DNA of 64,000 bases from Ascidiella aspersa (Eukaryota): assembly GCA_963924565.1 (NCBI GenBank), contig OZ004609.1, positions 19,220,001 through 19,284,000 of the forward strand. Reading direction: 5' to 3'. Below, in pieces: positions 12,901 through 27,900 of the stretch (position 1 is the first letter of the stretch; each line of letters starts with the position of its first letter). The translations under genes and the position numbers were made by a program. The notes below the pieces were generated by a model. The model searched no databases and had not been told where the DNA came from. It worked only from the letters and a program-made list of their open reading frames with translations.

Positions 12901-15900
12901 TGCGGTTTGCGGTGCGATAAGCGCAAACTACATATAAGCTACAAACCAAACGTCAAACCGCCACGCGGAGGCAGGTAAATGCCAAAGCCCTTGAAGCCGG
13001 CAAACATGTCTCATATCTCCTGCGTTCACGCCCAGCTGGACAGGCGGCGCCTACGTTTGTTTAAACCAGCAACCGCGTATCAACTTTGATCGCAAATATT
13101 TGCCTCTTCCGAGCGTGCTGCCTCTCTGCTGATGTGTGTACAGAGCAAGTTAGCAGCGTCGCTTGTTTAGCGAGCGATGATCGCGCGACTTAGTCCAAAA
13201 CATCAGACGGCGGCAGTCCTGGGTGCAAGACTTTAATGCATTTAGTGTCCGCGCGAGGCAAGGCTGCAGCGAGCGTAAAGCGCCTGGTCGACCCGATTAG
13301 GCCCGCCCCTCGCGGGACCTTTATCCCTTATAGACATCCGTATTGTTTGTCGTGCGGACAACAGCGGCAGACGAACGCGCTTTAATTAATTGCCGTCGTT
13401 TGATTAACAGGGCTTTTGCAGCAGCAGAAACAGCAGCCAAGAAACTACCGCGAAGCTTCTGTCGCTTTGTTCCCCTAAAGCGCGACAGTTGTTGACTTTG
13501 GCGTTCAGTCGTGGCCGTGTCCTTTTATTCTCGTTCTGCTAATGGAAATTAAGTTTAATATCTGACTCGACCAAAATTGTGTCATCGTTGAAAATACACT
13601 GATTGACCCATTTTTAACCTTGGTCTTAAACACTTTAAATTTGTTTCTGATACAATCTGTAAATTATTTTGCCACAATCCGACGAAAACTGTGACGTTGT
13701 GCGTAAGATAATCCATACAATACCATTAACAGATCACGGAACCTTGATATTACAACACGTATAACTTTGCCAATTTTGTATGGCCTTTGTGAGTCTTGGT
13801 CGCATGAAGGATATAGACCCATACTTACCCTCACAATGGTCATCGCCTCATTTTGAATGCATACCAATATAGGCACACCTTTGGTTCTTAGCGTAATTCG
13901 ATCATTGCCGGAGTAACATTGTAAGGTTAAAGTATGTTTCGCGGAAAACAGTTTACCGTTCGTTTGTCAAGTTGCTATACCTACTATCAGGCCGTGGTCA
14001 AAACGATCAATGCAGCTTGTTTGTTCTGATACGTTGTTTGCTGATAAGATGCCATATACTACAGACTTATCCAGCAGGAAACAAATAAGCCGTCCCAACA
14101 ATATCGTGTAACGTTGAAATTGATATTCACCAACAGGGATTCAGGAAACGAAATCTTGATGTGTTTTTCCTTTTAGAAAAAAAATACCTCATCGAATAAA
14201 TTTTGCCATATTAAAAAATATAGTTTTTTATTATTGTCCTAAATTGAGTCATATTGGCCAACATCCAAAAATAAAACCACTGTGATCGAGGTATTTGACG
14301 CCATAGTGCAGTAATTCAAAGTTTATTTTTAAGCCCAAGAAGTATCACGTACACCTATAAAGCTACTTGTAGCTTTAAAATAAAAATTACAGGCAATTTA
14401 TACACTACCAATGCTCAAAACATGTTTTTAAACACACTGTCAATGGCCTAAAAGTCCCCAAGTGCGTCGCTGTGAATGACAAGTACCAAATGTAGTATTG
14501 GGCATGTTGAACTTACGGTGTGTGTAATTTACGAATTTGGTCGAAACGTAACAAGTGTTGACGCTGTTTTTTATCCCGGTAAAATGTGTGTGATGTATAG
14601 ACGCAGCGTTATCGTAATTGGCCAACGCCTGTCGGCAAATTAGTAGCACAAACTTCCCGCATGTCCTTTGTAAACACAAAACGCTTACATCAAGCAGCAA
14701 GCATCGCGAATACGCCCGACATGATGCGAAATTGTTTTCTGCGACTACACGTCGCTGTCCACTAACTCGCACGGACACACCTTGGATGAGCACTTTTCAA
14801 CGTTCAAGCAAACTGGTATTGCATCCGCTTTTCGCTTTGCATCAAACTGCATGGCAGCTAATGGAACGAGACACCCGTAATGCTGACGCCGCGCGATTCG
14901 CTTATCTCCGCCTATTAGAGCAATTTGCTCGGTCGTCGGTCCTGACGCCTGCTGCAACCCGGCGCTCTTGGTGAATGACGACATGCACGGACAGTCGGCC
15001 ACGTCTATATTTACCTGAAACCGAGTACGATTTCCTTCCGCTTCGAGACGTATAAACGAATTACTTAGATTGCCTGCGATCCCGAGCACCGCGCAATGTC
15101 AAAACATCCATGCTATTTTGGGCGATCGAGCAGATGTAAAATTCCGTGTCGATGTCGCATTCACTATTATTGAGAAGGCTATCGTGGTTCAAATTTAAAT
15201 TGGACGAACTGCTTAAAGACAAATTAAATAAATGATTTTGTAGGATTGACATTTACCCTTCCCCACAATCCGTATAGCAGATCGAAACCATGTATCCATT
15301 ACGCCATAAATCCCATAATATATATTAGTTAATTTGTCCATTCAAGATTTGAAGTAGTGAAACTGGATCAGAAAATTTCACTGCTCGTTCTGTTCTCCAT
15401 TCGATTGCCGTACCCCAGTTGCATCTTTTTGTATTGCCCTAGCAAACAATAGAAATGTACGCATTGTGATACGAGGCGGAACACCATGACGAATTTACAG
15501 ACATCTACATTTACAACCACTGCCATTTGTGACGAACCCAGAAGGAACTGAATACCCAGCAAGCAAAGCAGAACAAAGGGTGCGCCCCCGGCTTGGGTTG
15601 CATCGTCACGCATACAGGGGAAAGTGAAGTGAACTCCCACTTGTGGGAAGTTCCGCGCTGTTGGCGCAATGACGCAAATATTCTGGTCGACTTACCTGTT
15701 ATCGGTAGAAATAAATGCAAAATTCTTGCTATTCTAATCGCACTTGTCCTGAGGGCACTTTACCTGTTAAAATCGACTCTCATGCGGCCTTCTGGTGTAA
15801 CCCTTTGTTGTTAATTTGTAGTTTGGATCCACGTTTTTTATAGCAACCATGTGTGACATATGCATAGTTATTACAGCTAGTTTAGGGTATCGCTAAGTAA

Positions 15901-18900
15901 GTTACTGTAGGTCAGCGGTTTTCAACCATTGGGCCATGGCTTACTGGTGGGCCATGAAAACTTTTGAGGTGGGCCACACAACAATTTAAAAAAGTTAGAT
16001 TTATTGAAGAATTTAGTTTCCTCTGTGTCACTATACTTAATTTTACAGGACTAATGGCTTGGGGAGGAGTTGAGAAGGAATGTAAATGAAACGTAAATTT
16101 ATTGTTTAGAAGCAAGTGCCTCACTAATACACGGTTGAATAAATAATCTGTTTTGATATATGCTCCACTAGTTTTTGTTCTAAACCTTTTTCATGTTTGT
16201 TCTTTCATCAAAATTATTGGGCCGCTGAATTTTTGTGCAACGAAAAATGGGCACGAGAGAAAAAAGGTTGAGAACCACTACTGTAGATGATGCATGTTTT
16301 GATAGCACTTGCATGATTCGAACGTAAGCTTATGTGAAGAGCCTTGCACAACAGTAACCAACGCGCGGAAACATGCTCGTGAGTGCCGAGAGTCGACGTT
16401 GGCCGGTATGAAGTGTTCAACTCATCGCAATTACTCGCACTCCAACACTGTTGCTCGGCCTACGCATTGCGTTGTCACAGCGAGCACGTTTTTCTTGTGA
16501 CAGTCAAACTGCACTTAAAGTATGTTTACCAAATACTGACAAAAAAAATCCAATCGCAAAATCGATTTAATCACGTGACTGTACAAAAGCCGTACGATTA
16601 TAACGAAAATGATGGTAAAATACCTCAAACAGCTATGCTAAAATAGTTATAAACGTGTGAAGGTGTTCTCTCCATATGAGGCAAGAACTGATGCTGCTGA
16701 CGCATTTAGGCATGTTTTAAGCCGATAGATAAATTCCGATTCGGCTTTGGAATCCGATCAAACCTGTTTCCTAAATGAACCGAGCGCGTAATCGTTTAAA
16801 CCGATGTTGTTGGAAACGCGTCACACAGTCAAGTTGGAGTTCGTTACTTTGCATGAAGAGCAACATAAAATCCATATACGACCAGAAACGCATACGTTTG
16901 ACAGTCTTCGGCCTATCAATCACTCGTGTTTGTTTACCCAGGTCTGTCAAAGGACTTTGCCAGCCAATGTGTTCGACTTGTAACGCGTAAGCGGTTCTTC
17001 TGTTTGCCGACGCGCCAATCGTGCACTTGAAAGCGGCACTCACATCTAAATCCCGCATCAAACGCACGAACAAGAAATACAAAAAAGAGTCTGGGCTCTG
17101 ATGCAGCTACTAGAATAACATCCTCTTAGCGAAAGCAAGGGTGTAAGTCGGTTGTTATCCCTTTGCGGTTTTATTGCTTTGTCGGCTTCATTCATGCCCT
17201 GTTGCCGGGACCTTTAAAGGCGCGATAAGCAGGTGCTGTAGCTACTTGTAGGCACCCTTGCGTCAGCACAGCTATATATATTTACGAGAGTCGCTTTGTG
17301 CACCTTCACCAGCCTCGCTTGTCAAACTTTAGTGTCTTTGACTGTAGGTTCAGTAAAGTACGTGTATTGTGATGAATGCGCAAGGATTAGTGAAGGCTGT
17401 TTCAGCTGTGTGCCATATAAAGGTTAGGTTTATCGTATGTTGAATCACCCGAGAACTGTAAGGTGAAGGTGCGCCGCAGTGGCTTTGCCTGACAATGATA
17501 AATACTAGATGCAGCGGTTGAAGATCTGTCACTAGCTCATTTTTCACAGATTTCCTTATGTGGTTGGTACGGCGTTTTCCATTCATAGAAGTTGGCTTTA
17601 CTCGATTGCGTTGACTTCCTCACACTACGCAAATGACTCCCTTTGTTAAAATCTGCGCTTGCAGTCTACTTATGTAGTCTTCGTTACAAATTAGAAAGAA
17701 CATAAATTCCATCAGCGCCACATTTATGAAATATAAATCTTGTAGGGTTTGGAGTCGACGCATAGCAATCGTTGTACGAGTAAGACACGCGACGCTTACG
17801 CGCTTAATCCTTTCAAGCGATCATTGTAACCTTATAGCGCTAATATGTAAAAGCTGATTTTCCAGGCCGAGACTAAAACCGTATAAATTCCCGCTTCTTT
17901 CGCCCCCCGCTTAAAATATGACGAGGATTTTCTCCCGGCGTGACGTCACGACTTGCCGGCAACTTCGCGCGAGAGCGGTCACGAGTCGACCTCGGATTTG
18001 TTTTGGCTCCTGTCGTTTCGCGTCCCGCCTGCTTGCACGCCGCCAAACGGAAAGTAGGTCCATTATGAAACATAAGCGCTCCAGGGTCTCGACGGTGTTT
18101 TCATCGTCTTTCAGCCTGACTAGCTGCTCAGCTATTTCGCTCACCGGCCCGCGGAACACGCTTTTACGGGACGCGAGCCCAAACAGTCGTGACGCATCTG
18201 CCGGGAATCGACACGTCTTGTGGCCAGCGCGCTGACGACGGGAAAATGTGTAACGGCGATTAAGAACGACGCACGTGGGCTGCTTTTGCTTCGCTGCGCA
18301 CGAAACTAAATGCGCGGTCCCAGTTTTAATTCCTCTAAGGTAGTGCTTGTTGTAATTTAAGGCAATGGGATTTTATAGAAATCGATTAAGTCATCAAAAA
18401 AAAAAGATTTTGGGTTTATTGAGTACGTTAGCAGCCTTTATGTCCAATTAAAAACACGGAGGTTTCACTCAAATGTTGTTTTTTGGGGATAAGGTATCTA
18501 CGATTTTAACGAACCATAAAATAATTTATTTTAATACACACACAGTGTCTGAATAAATAAATATGGCACTAAGCACAAAAAATTAGTGACTTTCCTACAC
18601 GTTCGTAGCAATCTTTGTTATATTCGCTCCCAACATAAGAATGGAGATTCGCCGTTTCAGTTCACAGTCGACGGTGTTATACGAATCAATGGAGATCCAG
18701 GTGCCGCCACACCTGATCGTACAAACCTTTTGACCCATATATTCCACTCTCGCCACGCGCAAAACCGAATTGTTGACGCAGCGGTGCTATCGTTCGTAAG
18801 CATCACTTTCGCCGGTCTGTCACAAAACAAACCTTCTTGAAACTGCTGCACAGCCTTTGCTGATATCGCTCGCAGTGACTGACGTTTTGAGTTGCTTATC

Positions 18901-21900
18901 GGGCACGAAGCTGTGTTTGTTCGGTGCCTGACGATTGAAAAACACAATAGTTGTGTGCTTCCCTTGGTGTTTCGAGGGTAAATCACTACACTACATTTTT
19001 CGAAATTGTATGTTTAAAATATAAAATTTTATCATTTCTATTTTTTTAGCATAAAACTCGTATTCGAAATTGTCATTTGAGTGCAGAAGTGACTAGGTCG
19101 TATTATTTTCTCGGGCGTGTACTATAAAAATTCGTAATCCTATTTACCAAGGAAAGTAATTGTGGTAAAATCAGAGTGAACATGAAAACTTTGCCAAATA
19201 AATCAGTTTTGTTGTCGGTCACGTTGCCGACGAAACCGTAATAAATTAGCGAGAGACTTCGTTGCGCTGACTTTACTGGTGGGAACTTTTACCCCATAAC
19301 AGCCCACTACGTGGACCTGCGTTTTCGCCTCGTTGAAGGTCATTTCCGCCGTCGTAAGAACAATCAAGTGGTTAGTCAGAATTTTATTTTTACCTCATAC
19401 CAGTTTCAATTGAAAGCACCGTCCAACCTACCGCAAGGTTTGGCTTGATTAAGTCACTGATCGGTATTAGTACCAAGCCAGTATAAGTAACAACTATGTT
19501 ATACTAATAAAATGCTAAGGTATAAAAAACGCAACCCATTGTCTCTTGTTCAGACTATGTATCTTACGTCCAATGATTACAAGGTTTTCAACGAAAACCG
19601 ATTAATGCATGAGTGAGTGACTCGTAAACGTAGCTCGAATGATTTATGGCATCAGGGTTACAACTAACGAAACTGCGTACCGAAAGAGGCGCGCGATGGC
19701 GCCTAATTTTCTTGCACCTTGGCATTACGACACGAAACGCTTGTGGGGTGCAAAGTAGTCCATCCGTCCGGTCTGCGCCTGGATGAAGGGCGCCTTGAAA
19801 GTCGTGTACTAGTCCGAGGGCGTTAATGGCTTTTGCCTGTGTTGCAGACAGATAGCATTTATCGATTGTTTTACAGGACATTTTTGTTTTTCAAATTTTC
19901 GATTTATTCTGTCGCGGTTTTAATTGATAACGACCACATTAGCGGTATAATATTGTTTTACTGTTATCCAATTTATCGCAGCAGACAGAAGGCAGTCGAC
20001 GAGTTTTTGTTATTTCTTGTTCAGCAACATTGAAGATCTTCAAACGCATTAAACTTGGTGTACTCATGTCGCACCATCCTTTCAGTCGAATGGCGAAATG
20101 GGGTACTTCGGTCTCGGTCTGTCAGAGTTGTACTGTTTCCCGCCGATTGGTGACAAGGCCGATTTGTCATTTCACGAGCAACGCGATATTTTATCTGCGA
20201 TGAGTTCGATGGAACGTGTCGCATCCCACTCGAACCATTCCATTTAATGCCATTCGAGCCAAACTTGTGCCTGAAGTAACGCGCCTGGCAGCATTTCTGC
20301 GCGCTGCGTATTTACGCCTGTATTTACATCGCCTTTTTCGCCCTCAATAAGCTCTTCGCGCCTTCGATCTATGTCCTGCTTCCTGTTTGCGCTACCACAG
20401 TATCTGTTTCCTGCGACGTGTGGTCGCACTAAATAATTGCGCTCTGCTAACTTGTTAGGCCAGGCCTTTCAACGCATATAGACTTTCCATCCCGACGAGG
20501 TGTAAACTTCTGCAGGTGTTTGGTGGCCGAATGACTCGTGAGGATGGTGGTGTCGATTACGTTTCACAAAATTTGTAAACGTTAAGTTATGCACCGAATC
20601 TCGCCAAGACCTTTGAAATAACATGACGCACATTTTCTGCGTTAAATTCGGGGCTACATATAGCGACGCCTACGCCTTACTTACTCTAAATCTGTTACAG
20701 TTCAATCGTGGCCCATATATGTATGTATTTTTTTGTGACTGGAATCGACATTTTTTATTGTGACTGGAATCGACATTATTCCAAATCGAATATTTGTTAT
20801 GTTATGCGTATCCTATTGTGAACTGAAGTGATGACATTATAGGGTCATTTGAGAAAAGGGATCTTAACCTGAAGATGTTTACCAAACGATTTCTATCTGA
20901 ACGCTTTATCCTAGGCAACAATTCAAACTGCGGCACTGATATCGTGGTCGTTTGTACACATAACAACCGTGTCCTGATATGACATCATGTGTGTTGTGAG
21001 CGGTACTCAACCTAAAAGACAAGTCGTTGTTTGCAAAATAGTTTCAGCGACCGTTACTAGTAGACCGCCTGTGATGACCATAAGTGCTTGTTTTGCTCAG
21101 ACTCTCTGAATTCGATGCGATGAATTTTTCCCGCGTGTAGGTCCAACTAGTTGTGTTCGGTTGTACCGTCGCAAAGAACTTTCTTCAAACCCAAACCACC
21201 GTTTGATTGACGGGACAGTCTTATGCCCAGCGTCAGCGTTTTAACGACCCTCGTTCGTCTGTCTGGAGAGGGCTTTGTAGGAGCAGGGGCGCCAACCCAA
21301 ATTACGCAACATATGCACATGGTTTGGTTTTATGACGATTGTAAAATATTGCAAAGGTGCGATTAGGGTCCCTAATTATCGCCTGTATAATATCACCCGG
21401 TTTGTGTATTGACGCCGTGGCGCCAGCCAAAATATCATAGGTTATTTGAGGCTGGCGGCAGTGATTTAGATTCCCACAGGGAATTGCGTTAAACCTCGTT
21501 CTGACAACCACAAAAGAGGAACAATTATATGGGCCCACCCGCAGTTTTACTTTTGGCCGAACTTTATTGTGTCTAAATGGTCTTAAATGTCTCCGCAGCT
21601 CGCTCTGTGTTGAGTCATAAGCAAAGTCTAATGAGTCGCCCGTGTGCGCATATTTTTTCCTGTCAGCTTATCGAAAGTGGTCAAGCTGCGAACGGCGCCG
21701 GGTCCCTAGGTCTGGCGCTCCGTTCCCAGTATCCAGCTGCCTAGGCTACCACCTTCCAGTTGGAACGCGGGTTCAACTGCCGCTCAGACTTGTGCTCGAT
21801 TTAGTTGAGCCGCTAAACAGAAACTTCGCAAGATAACTTGACGAATGTTTGGTCAGAAGAAACCAATTTGTGTTTGAACAACAGGGTTTCTTCTTAATAC

Positions 21901-24900
21901 TTGTTGTTGGCTAGCTTTTTCACTTTAAGTGCTCTTGGGGTTGCTCTACAGTTAGGAAAAACGCGGTCTTCATTTGTTTTGTTTTTATCTTCTCTATTAA
22001 ACGTACTTACCTACCTCAAGATTGGTGAGATTTTGCTATTTGGGCAAATAAATTACGTCTTAATATGTTGCTGCGTTTTCTTGTGCTAATTTATTGCACT
22101 TTAGAAGTTCTAGCCCGGCATCAACAGCTGTTTTTCCGCAATCTCGCACGAAAGAGCAGGGAGAAAGTAATTTTGCAACCAGTTGTCGTCTAAATTGCAA
22201 TATCTAGACTCTAGAGCGATTGCCAAAGCTCGCATAAATTATTTTGCAAATATGCTGATAAGCAATTGCACGATTAAACCTCAGCTAAAACACTTACCAA
22301 ACACGTTTACGTGCACCTGTCGACGACGAGTACGTCACACGTGCCGCTGTTTATTCGGTCTACAATCAGTCTAGTTAGAGTTGACTGGCTGTTGTTGTTG
22401 AGCGACGGGTGGACCCTTTGTGCCTTAGCTTGTTATCGGCGTCCAACATGACTTCCTGCGGCGTCGTGACGTCGCCCGCCTTGCAAAGGCGGCTCGCGTT
22501 TGGTGACAACATTTCATTGTCGATTCGCTTTGGTAGCGCCAGGGGCAAATTTGCATCATGTGATCCGGTTTTAAAGTTGATTACTGCGACTATTATATAC
22601 TGTGTGTGTGTGCGATGTTTTAATTGCGCGATCTGCGATCGAACAGGTGCCTGTCGTTAAACTTTGCAAACTGGCACATTCACGTGGTTGTTAAGTTTAT
22701 TGGGACGTGGAAAGATGTTTTCTGTGATTTGTGTGCGACTGTATAACTATCCATAAGCACATACCATGTCAAACGAATGTCAGTCGCGGTTTAACAACGG
22801 CATACGCAAAAGTTATGCCGGAGGCTAAGTGCAAATACTGCCTTGTTTCATTCGCCTAAAACGCACAGCGTACGCTAAGAAAGTTTTCCATTCCTTCAAT
22901 AACCTCGGGTTTGTTATCTTTTCGCTTTGAATTCTCTCCGAAAACAGCGAAAAAGGCAAACGCCAAACGCGGCTCTCTTGGACGACCGACGCTTTCTTTT
23001 TCTGCGGTGCGAAAAGGAAAAAAAGGAAATTGCTCGATTAGTTTTCACAAACGCGCTAGCCAAACTGCTCTCAGTATCGTCCAGCAACAGCGTTCAGACA
23101 ATGCGTTAAGTCAGAACTCACAACACGATAGTGCTTTGTGAATAGTAATTTTGCAGTTTTGCGGCCGAAGTCGACATTAATTGCCGCGATAGCTTACGAT
23201 ATCAGTTATTTTGAGCTTGTTTCTAACAGACAAAATAGTAGAAGATGAGCTGTACTTGTAAGGTGACCAACTAATATTGCAACTACAACACCACGGAAAA
23301 AGCGGTTAGTTTCAGGTCTTATGAAAGTGGTACCAGTTATTTATTGTTGTTTGTATTTATTTAGTTATTTATGATAGCAAACGAATTAAAAGCCCTAATT
23401 GCCTTGTGTGTCACTGTAGCCTAAGGCTTGTGAATGCCGTTGGATCTAACTTTACTCGACCGGGCTATGGATGTACGAAGCCAAATGCCTGTTGCCAAGT
23501 TGCCTTATGCCGAAGTCAATCGTCGAAGTTGCGAGGGGGCCATCAGAAAGTCGGCCTTCACGATGATAGAGCGACACATGAACCACAGAAGCATACACAG
23601 CGATCCGGGATTGTGCTACGCCGCGCTTCAGAACCAATCGAGCGGCCTGATTAGCGACCAAGTGCTGAAACAACTGGCCGACGTCGTCATGCGACAAAAG
23701 AATGGCGAAGCCGCGAACCAGTTTCGTTTGGGAGCAACTGCCGACTTTGCAGGAACCGATATCCGCCACCAAAGCCTTTTGGCTTCTGGTTTCCGACGCA
23801 CTTCTGACTTAGCGGATATCGCCATTCAGTCTTCGATGGAAAACAGAAGAAACAAAAACAATCGACGCGTTTGCGTTATGGACTCAAAGCTGTTGGAGTA
23901 TCGCCACTGCGCAAAATCGCGGGTAAAGAGCACTTCTCTTTCCTCATCTGCAACCAGCATATACTCCGAAGAGGATACGTACAGGTCTTCCGCCAGCTCA
24001 TCTCCAGTTCCCTCTTGCGCGTCAGATTGTCCGTCTGTGGTATCGGGGTCTCGGAGAAACTCATTCAGCCTCTTAGAAGAGGAGGACATTGTGCCACAAA
24101 ACAACAACAACGCCAATAAACAAGAAGAAGGAATAGTGAAGATTGAGGGCGACCTACTGCTTGTCAACCTTCGCGAATTTAAAGAAACGCGTGGGAGCTG
24201 TGGTTGTTCCGGAGTGCCGTGCCAGCGGTCCCTAAGCGACCCGGTACCAGATGCCAAGCGGGACGCAAACCCATTGCGCGTTGTCCCCGAACAGTGTCCG
24301 ATTGTCGTCACGGTGGGTGTTTATTGTGTGCATTATTCATAGGTTCGCGTCCCCCCCTTCTTGACAGGCAGCCATTAGGCTTTCAGATACATGGGGCTAC
24401 CATTAATTACGCGCTAGCACCGTCCGCGTGGGAGATGTACTGTTCCACGTTCGGTTGTCCGATTTCCTATAAATGTAAACACGCAGATGTCATACGCAGC
24501 CGGTTTTGTTGTGATTTCCCGATATAATTTACCATTTCCCCTTTGTTCTTTCGATCGGTTTGTGGGAAAACGCCGACCGTGTGCGTCACATCTACACATG
24601 GCTTCAACATATATTTATTCTGAGGCACAGGACAGCCATGTGTATATGCGATTCATAGTGGGCCGGATCTTCGTCGCATGTTAAACAAGCTGCTCGTGTC
24701 TCGTATATTTCGGTAAAAAACAAGACAGAAAAGACGCTGAGCACACACACCGAGCCACTGCCGCCTTCCGCGAAATCCGTAACTAATCGAATACTGATTT
24801 GTCGGCTAGACGCTTGTGTCTAGCGAGCATTTCTGGGACTGAGCGCCGTTTCGGCACAAATTGATTTTTCTTAGTCCTTTCTATGGTAACGCGTGTAGCC

Positions 24901-27900
24901 GCTGTAGGCCGATCGCCAAACATGGTCGAGAACGGCGGGTAACCTGCGCGTAATTGTTCGGTTCCCTGTAAGCACCAGCGCAGACCGTTAATCGCGCTAA
25001 TTACGGCGCTATTCGATTTTTCTGGGCACTGTTCGTCGCCGTTTGGCATTTTTGCTTGCGTCTTGCTCCGGTAGACCAACAGCCACTCTTTGCAGTCCAT
25101 TTTCAAGTCCGCCTGCTTTGAATGGCATCAAAGGGCGGCCGAGGTCGTAAAACTAAAGAATTATTAGACTTTCACCCTGTGTCGAGAGCGTTTTATGAGC
25201 GAGTGAGCGCATTACGGCCAGAACGAAGCTGAACCGAAAACGACCCAGTTCCGTAAACTAAACTATTGTCGAGTTTATTGCGGGGCACGGGGACGTGTTC
25301 CTCGCTCGCAACGATAATTTTTAAGTTCTAGGCCAGATCGAGCGCGTTTGCTGTGAGTTGCGCGTGTGTGGCCATATTAACCAGGATGGGCGTGCGGCGT
25401 TATCCATCTTAACTTTTCCGCGGCTTACTCGATTCTTCAAGGCAGATCTCGTAATCCGCAGTCCATCTTGCTTAGTAGCCGGTCTTTACGTGACTGACGA
25501 TAGAGCAGGAGAGTGTCTGGATGCGTGGACCGCCCATGCCAATGTTATTTGTTTGCTTCCTTTTGTTTTTATTTGCGCCCTTTGCCGCTGGCGACCCGTC
25601 GAGCCAATTTTTGTGTAAATACACCTTACGGAACGCATCTCGTCGCCCGTGCGTTTGTTGTGATAAGCGCGCTTCTTAGCCGCTCCAACGCGACAAATCC
25701 TCGCGTACAAATAGCTCTTAGCGAAAACGCCACCTTCGTGCCACGCATTGTCGACACAGCGGCGATGACAGGTCTGCGTCAGCTGCAATAGAAGAAGTTT
25801 TCGGACGCGGATAACATTCGACCGTCGACGCCAGCGCTTGTTTTTACTGTGGCAATATGCGCCCAAATGGATAATAAAGCCGATTCTACATTCTAGAAAT
25901 ACCAAGACATTCGACCTTCAATTCAGTAACAACCTGTGTCGTTAGGGTTGGTTGTGTATCGCATCGCCATTTGTAAAGTATTTTAACAATGTACACCCAA
26001 GTGTCCGACGGCGTTACTTGCCCTTTCCGACACATCAAAGTTGGGCGTTTTCGCGACACGTTTACGACCCGAACAATTGGTGGCAGAAATCTTGTAAGGG
26101 TGTTCATTTGAAACACTACCAGTTTATGACCGAAACAGAAAAGCGAAAAGCGTGTCGAACCAAATTGAGGGCGGCATAATGCGCCCCGCGTTTGCATTCA
26201 ATAAAAGCTGTCGCATCGCTCAAAAGTCATTTCCATTTGCTTTCTAAAAACATCCGCGCTAATGAATGCGACCCGCTTCTGCACCCCAATGCGAAGTGGA
26301 AAAAAGGCGCATTGTCTCTTCTCCCTAAAAACTTGTTTTTCGGGCCAATCGATTTTTCCGGGATGAACATGGCACAAGTGGTTGGTCGCGAATGTAGGGC
26401 GAAATCGGGCGCCCATCGTTCGCAGCTTGATACGTTTCGAGTGCCATTGTTTCGAAAATAGACCGCGCAAATACACTGCCGCCGCGCATCTTCACTGTAT
26501 CGACGCGACGTCCACGTTCGGCGTTCGCCCCTTGCTTAAGTAGTTCGGCGATATGACCGGTTATGAGAAAACAACGTTACTGCGTCACTGTGCGTTATTG
26601 TTGCCGGTCGCGAATGACGTGGGAGTTGGAAAATATTAGTATACCTTGTTGCTGGTGTTCGTAAGGTTGCCGATTGTTGTTACAAGAACGGTTTCCTGTC
26701 ACCGTTGTAGTTGGCCGTCCGAGTCAAAACATAATGTAGCGTCCAAGAACAACATACGTACATATCTTTATGTCTATCTTAATATACATTGTACAGCATT
26801 AAACAGCTTACGTAAATGTACCACAGGAACTAATTCGACATAATTTTATCATGTTTTAATAATTTTATTATATCATCTTTCAGTCAAAAGAGTCTCAGAC
26901 CGACGAAGAGGACGAAGAAGATGAACCTTGCGCCATCAGCGAGTTCTGGCACCTGGATGATGACGGAAGGAGGTGGTCGCGCCTGGACAGCAAGGGATCC
27001 CACCTCAACCGACTTCCCTCTTCACCTTCGCGACAGCTTCCGCATCTGGAAGAGACACACGAGGTGAGAAAATACTCGTTATTCGACAAAACTCACAGCT
27101 TTGGCAAAACTTAGTGACACGGGTCGGGTACGCTTTGACCAAAATATTTTAAACAAAATTTCACCGTCTCAATAAGAAAATCGATTAGGATAAGCTCCGT
27201 CGCTCTGCGTTGCTGTTTTGAATTCGGTTTACATACTCGGCGTGTTATTCATTGCAAGGCAAGGCGAGGTAATTTGCATTTGGAACAACAGCCGATAGAT
27301 CGTGACGCTATTTAAACAGAGGGTCGCGCTTTTCATGTCACCCTATATTTGCGCCCGCTAAATGGCGATAAAAAACGGTGATCGATATTGCGCTTTGACG
27401 CGCCTTACGCTTTTAGCGCCAGCTGTTAGAAGAACGTGTTGTCTAACGTTTTTCCCTATGATTTGTGCGGCAGGAACCGGGAGATGTATTTACCTCCACT
27501 GAAGGGAACGACTCGGAAATACAGTCGGTCCAGCAGAAGCCGATCATCGACGGCGCCATGCGACACTTCGGCAGCAAGAATCCCGTCAAATCGAAAAGCA
27601 ACAGCTTTCTGAAGCGGGTCGGCGGTGACCTTAAGAAATTCGGTTCATTTCGTCGTATGCAGCGCACACACTCGACGGACGGCAGCGATTCGCGCACCAA
27701 CAAGCCCCGTCTTCCCGCCGACCACCGCTCGAAGGGACTCCGAAAGAACGGCAAGATTGTCATCAGTGAACCGACTCTGCAGAGCGGTCACGATAAGATC
27801 GACAGGCTGCGTTGCGTGCCCATTGAGCCGCCAGCCGGGGACATTAGGGAGCTACAAAGCCAGCACTTACGGGGAAGAAAGAACTCGTCTCATTCACTGA

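Noticed and set aside
23826-24311. 161-aa antisense ORF, and similar antisense ORFs over the RhoGAP and coiled-coil exons
   Set aside because: Shadows of coding exons on the opposite strand
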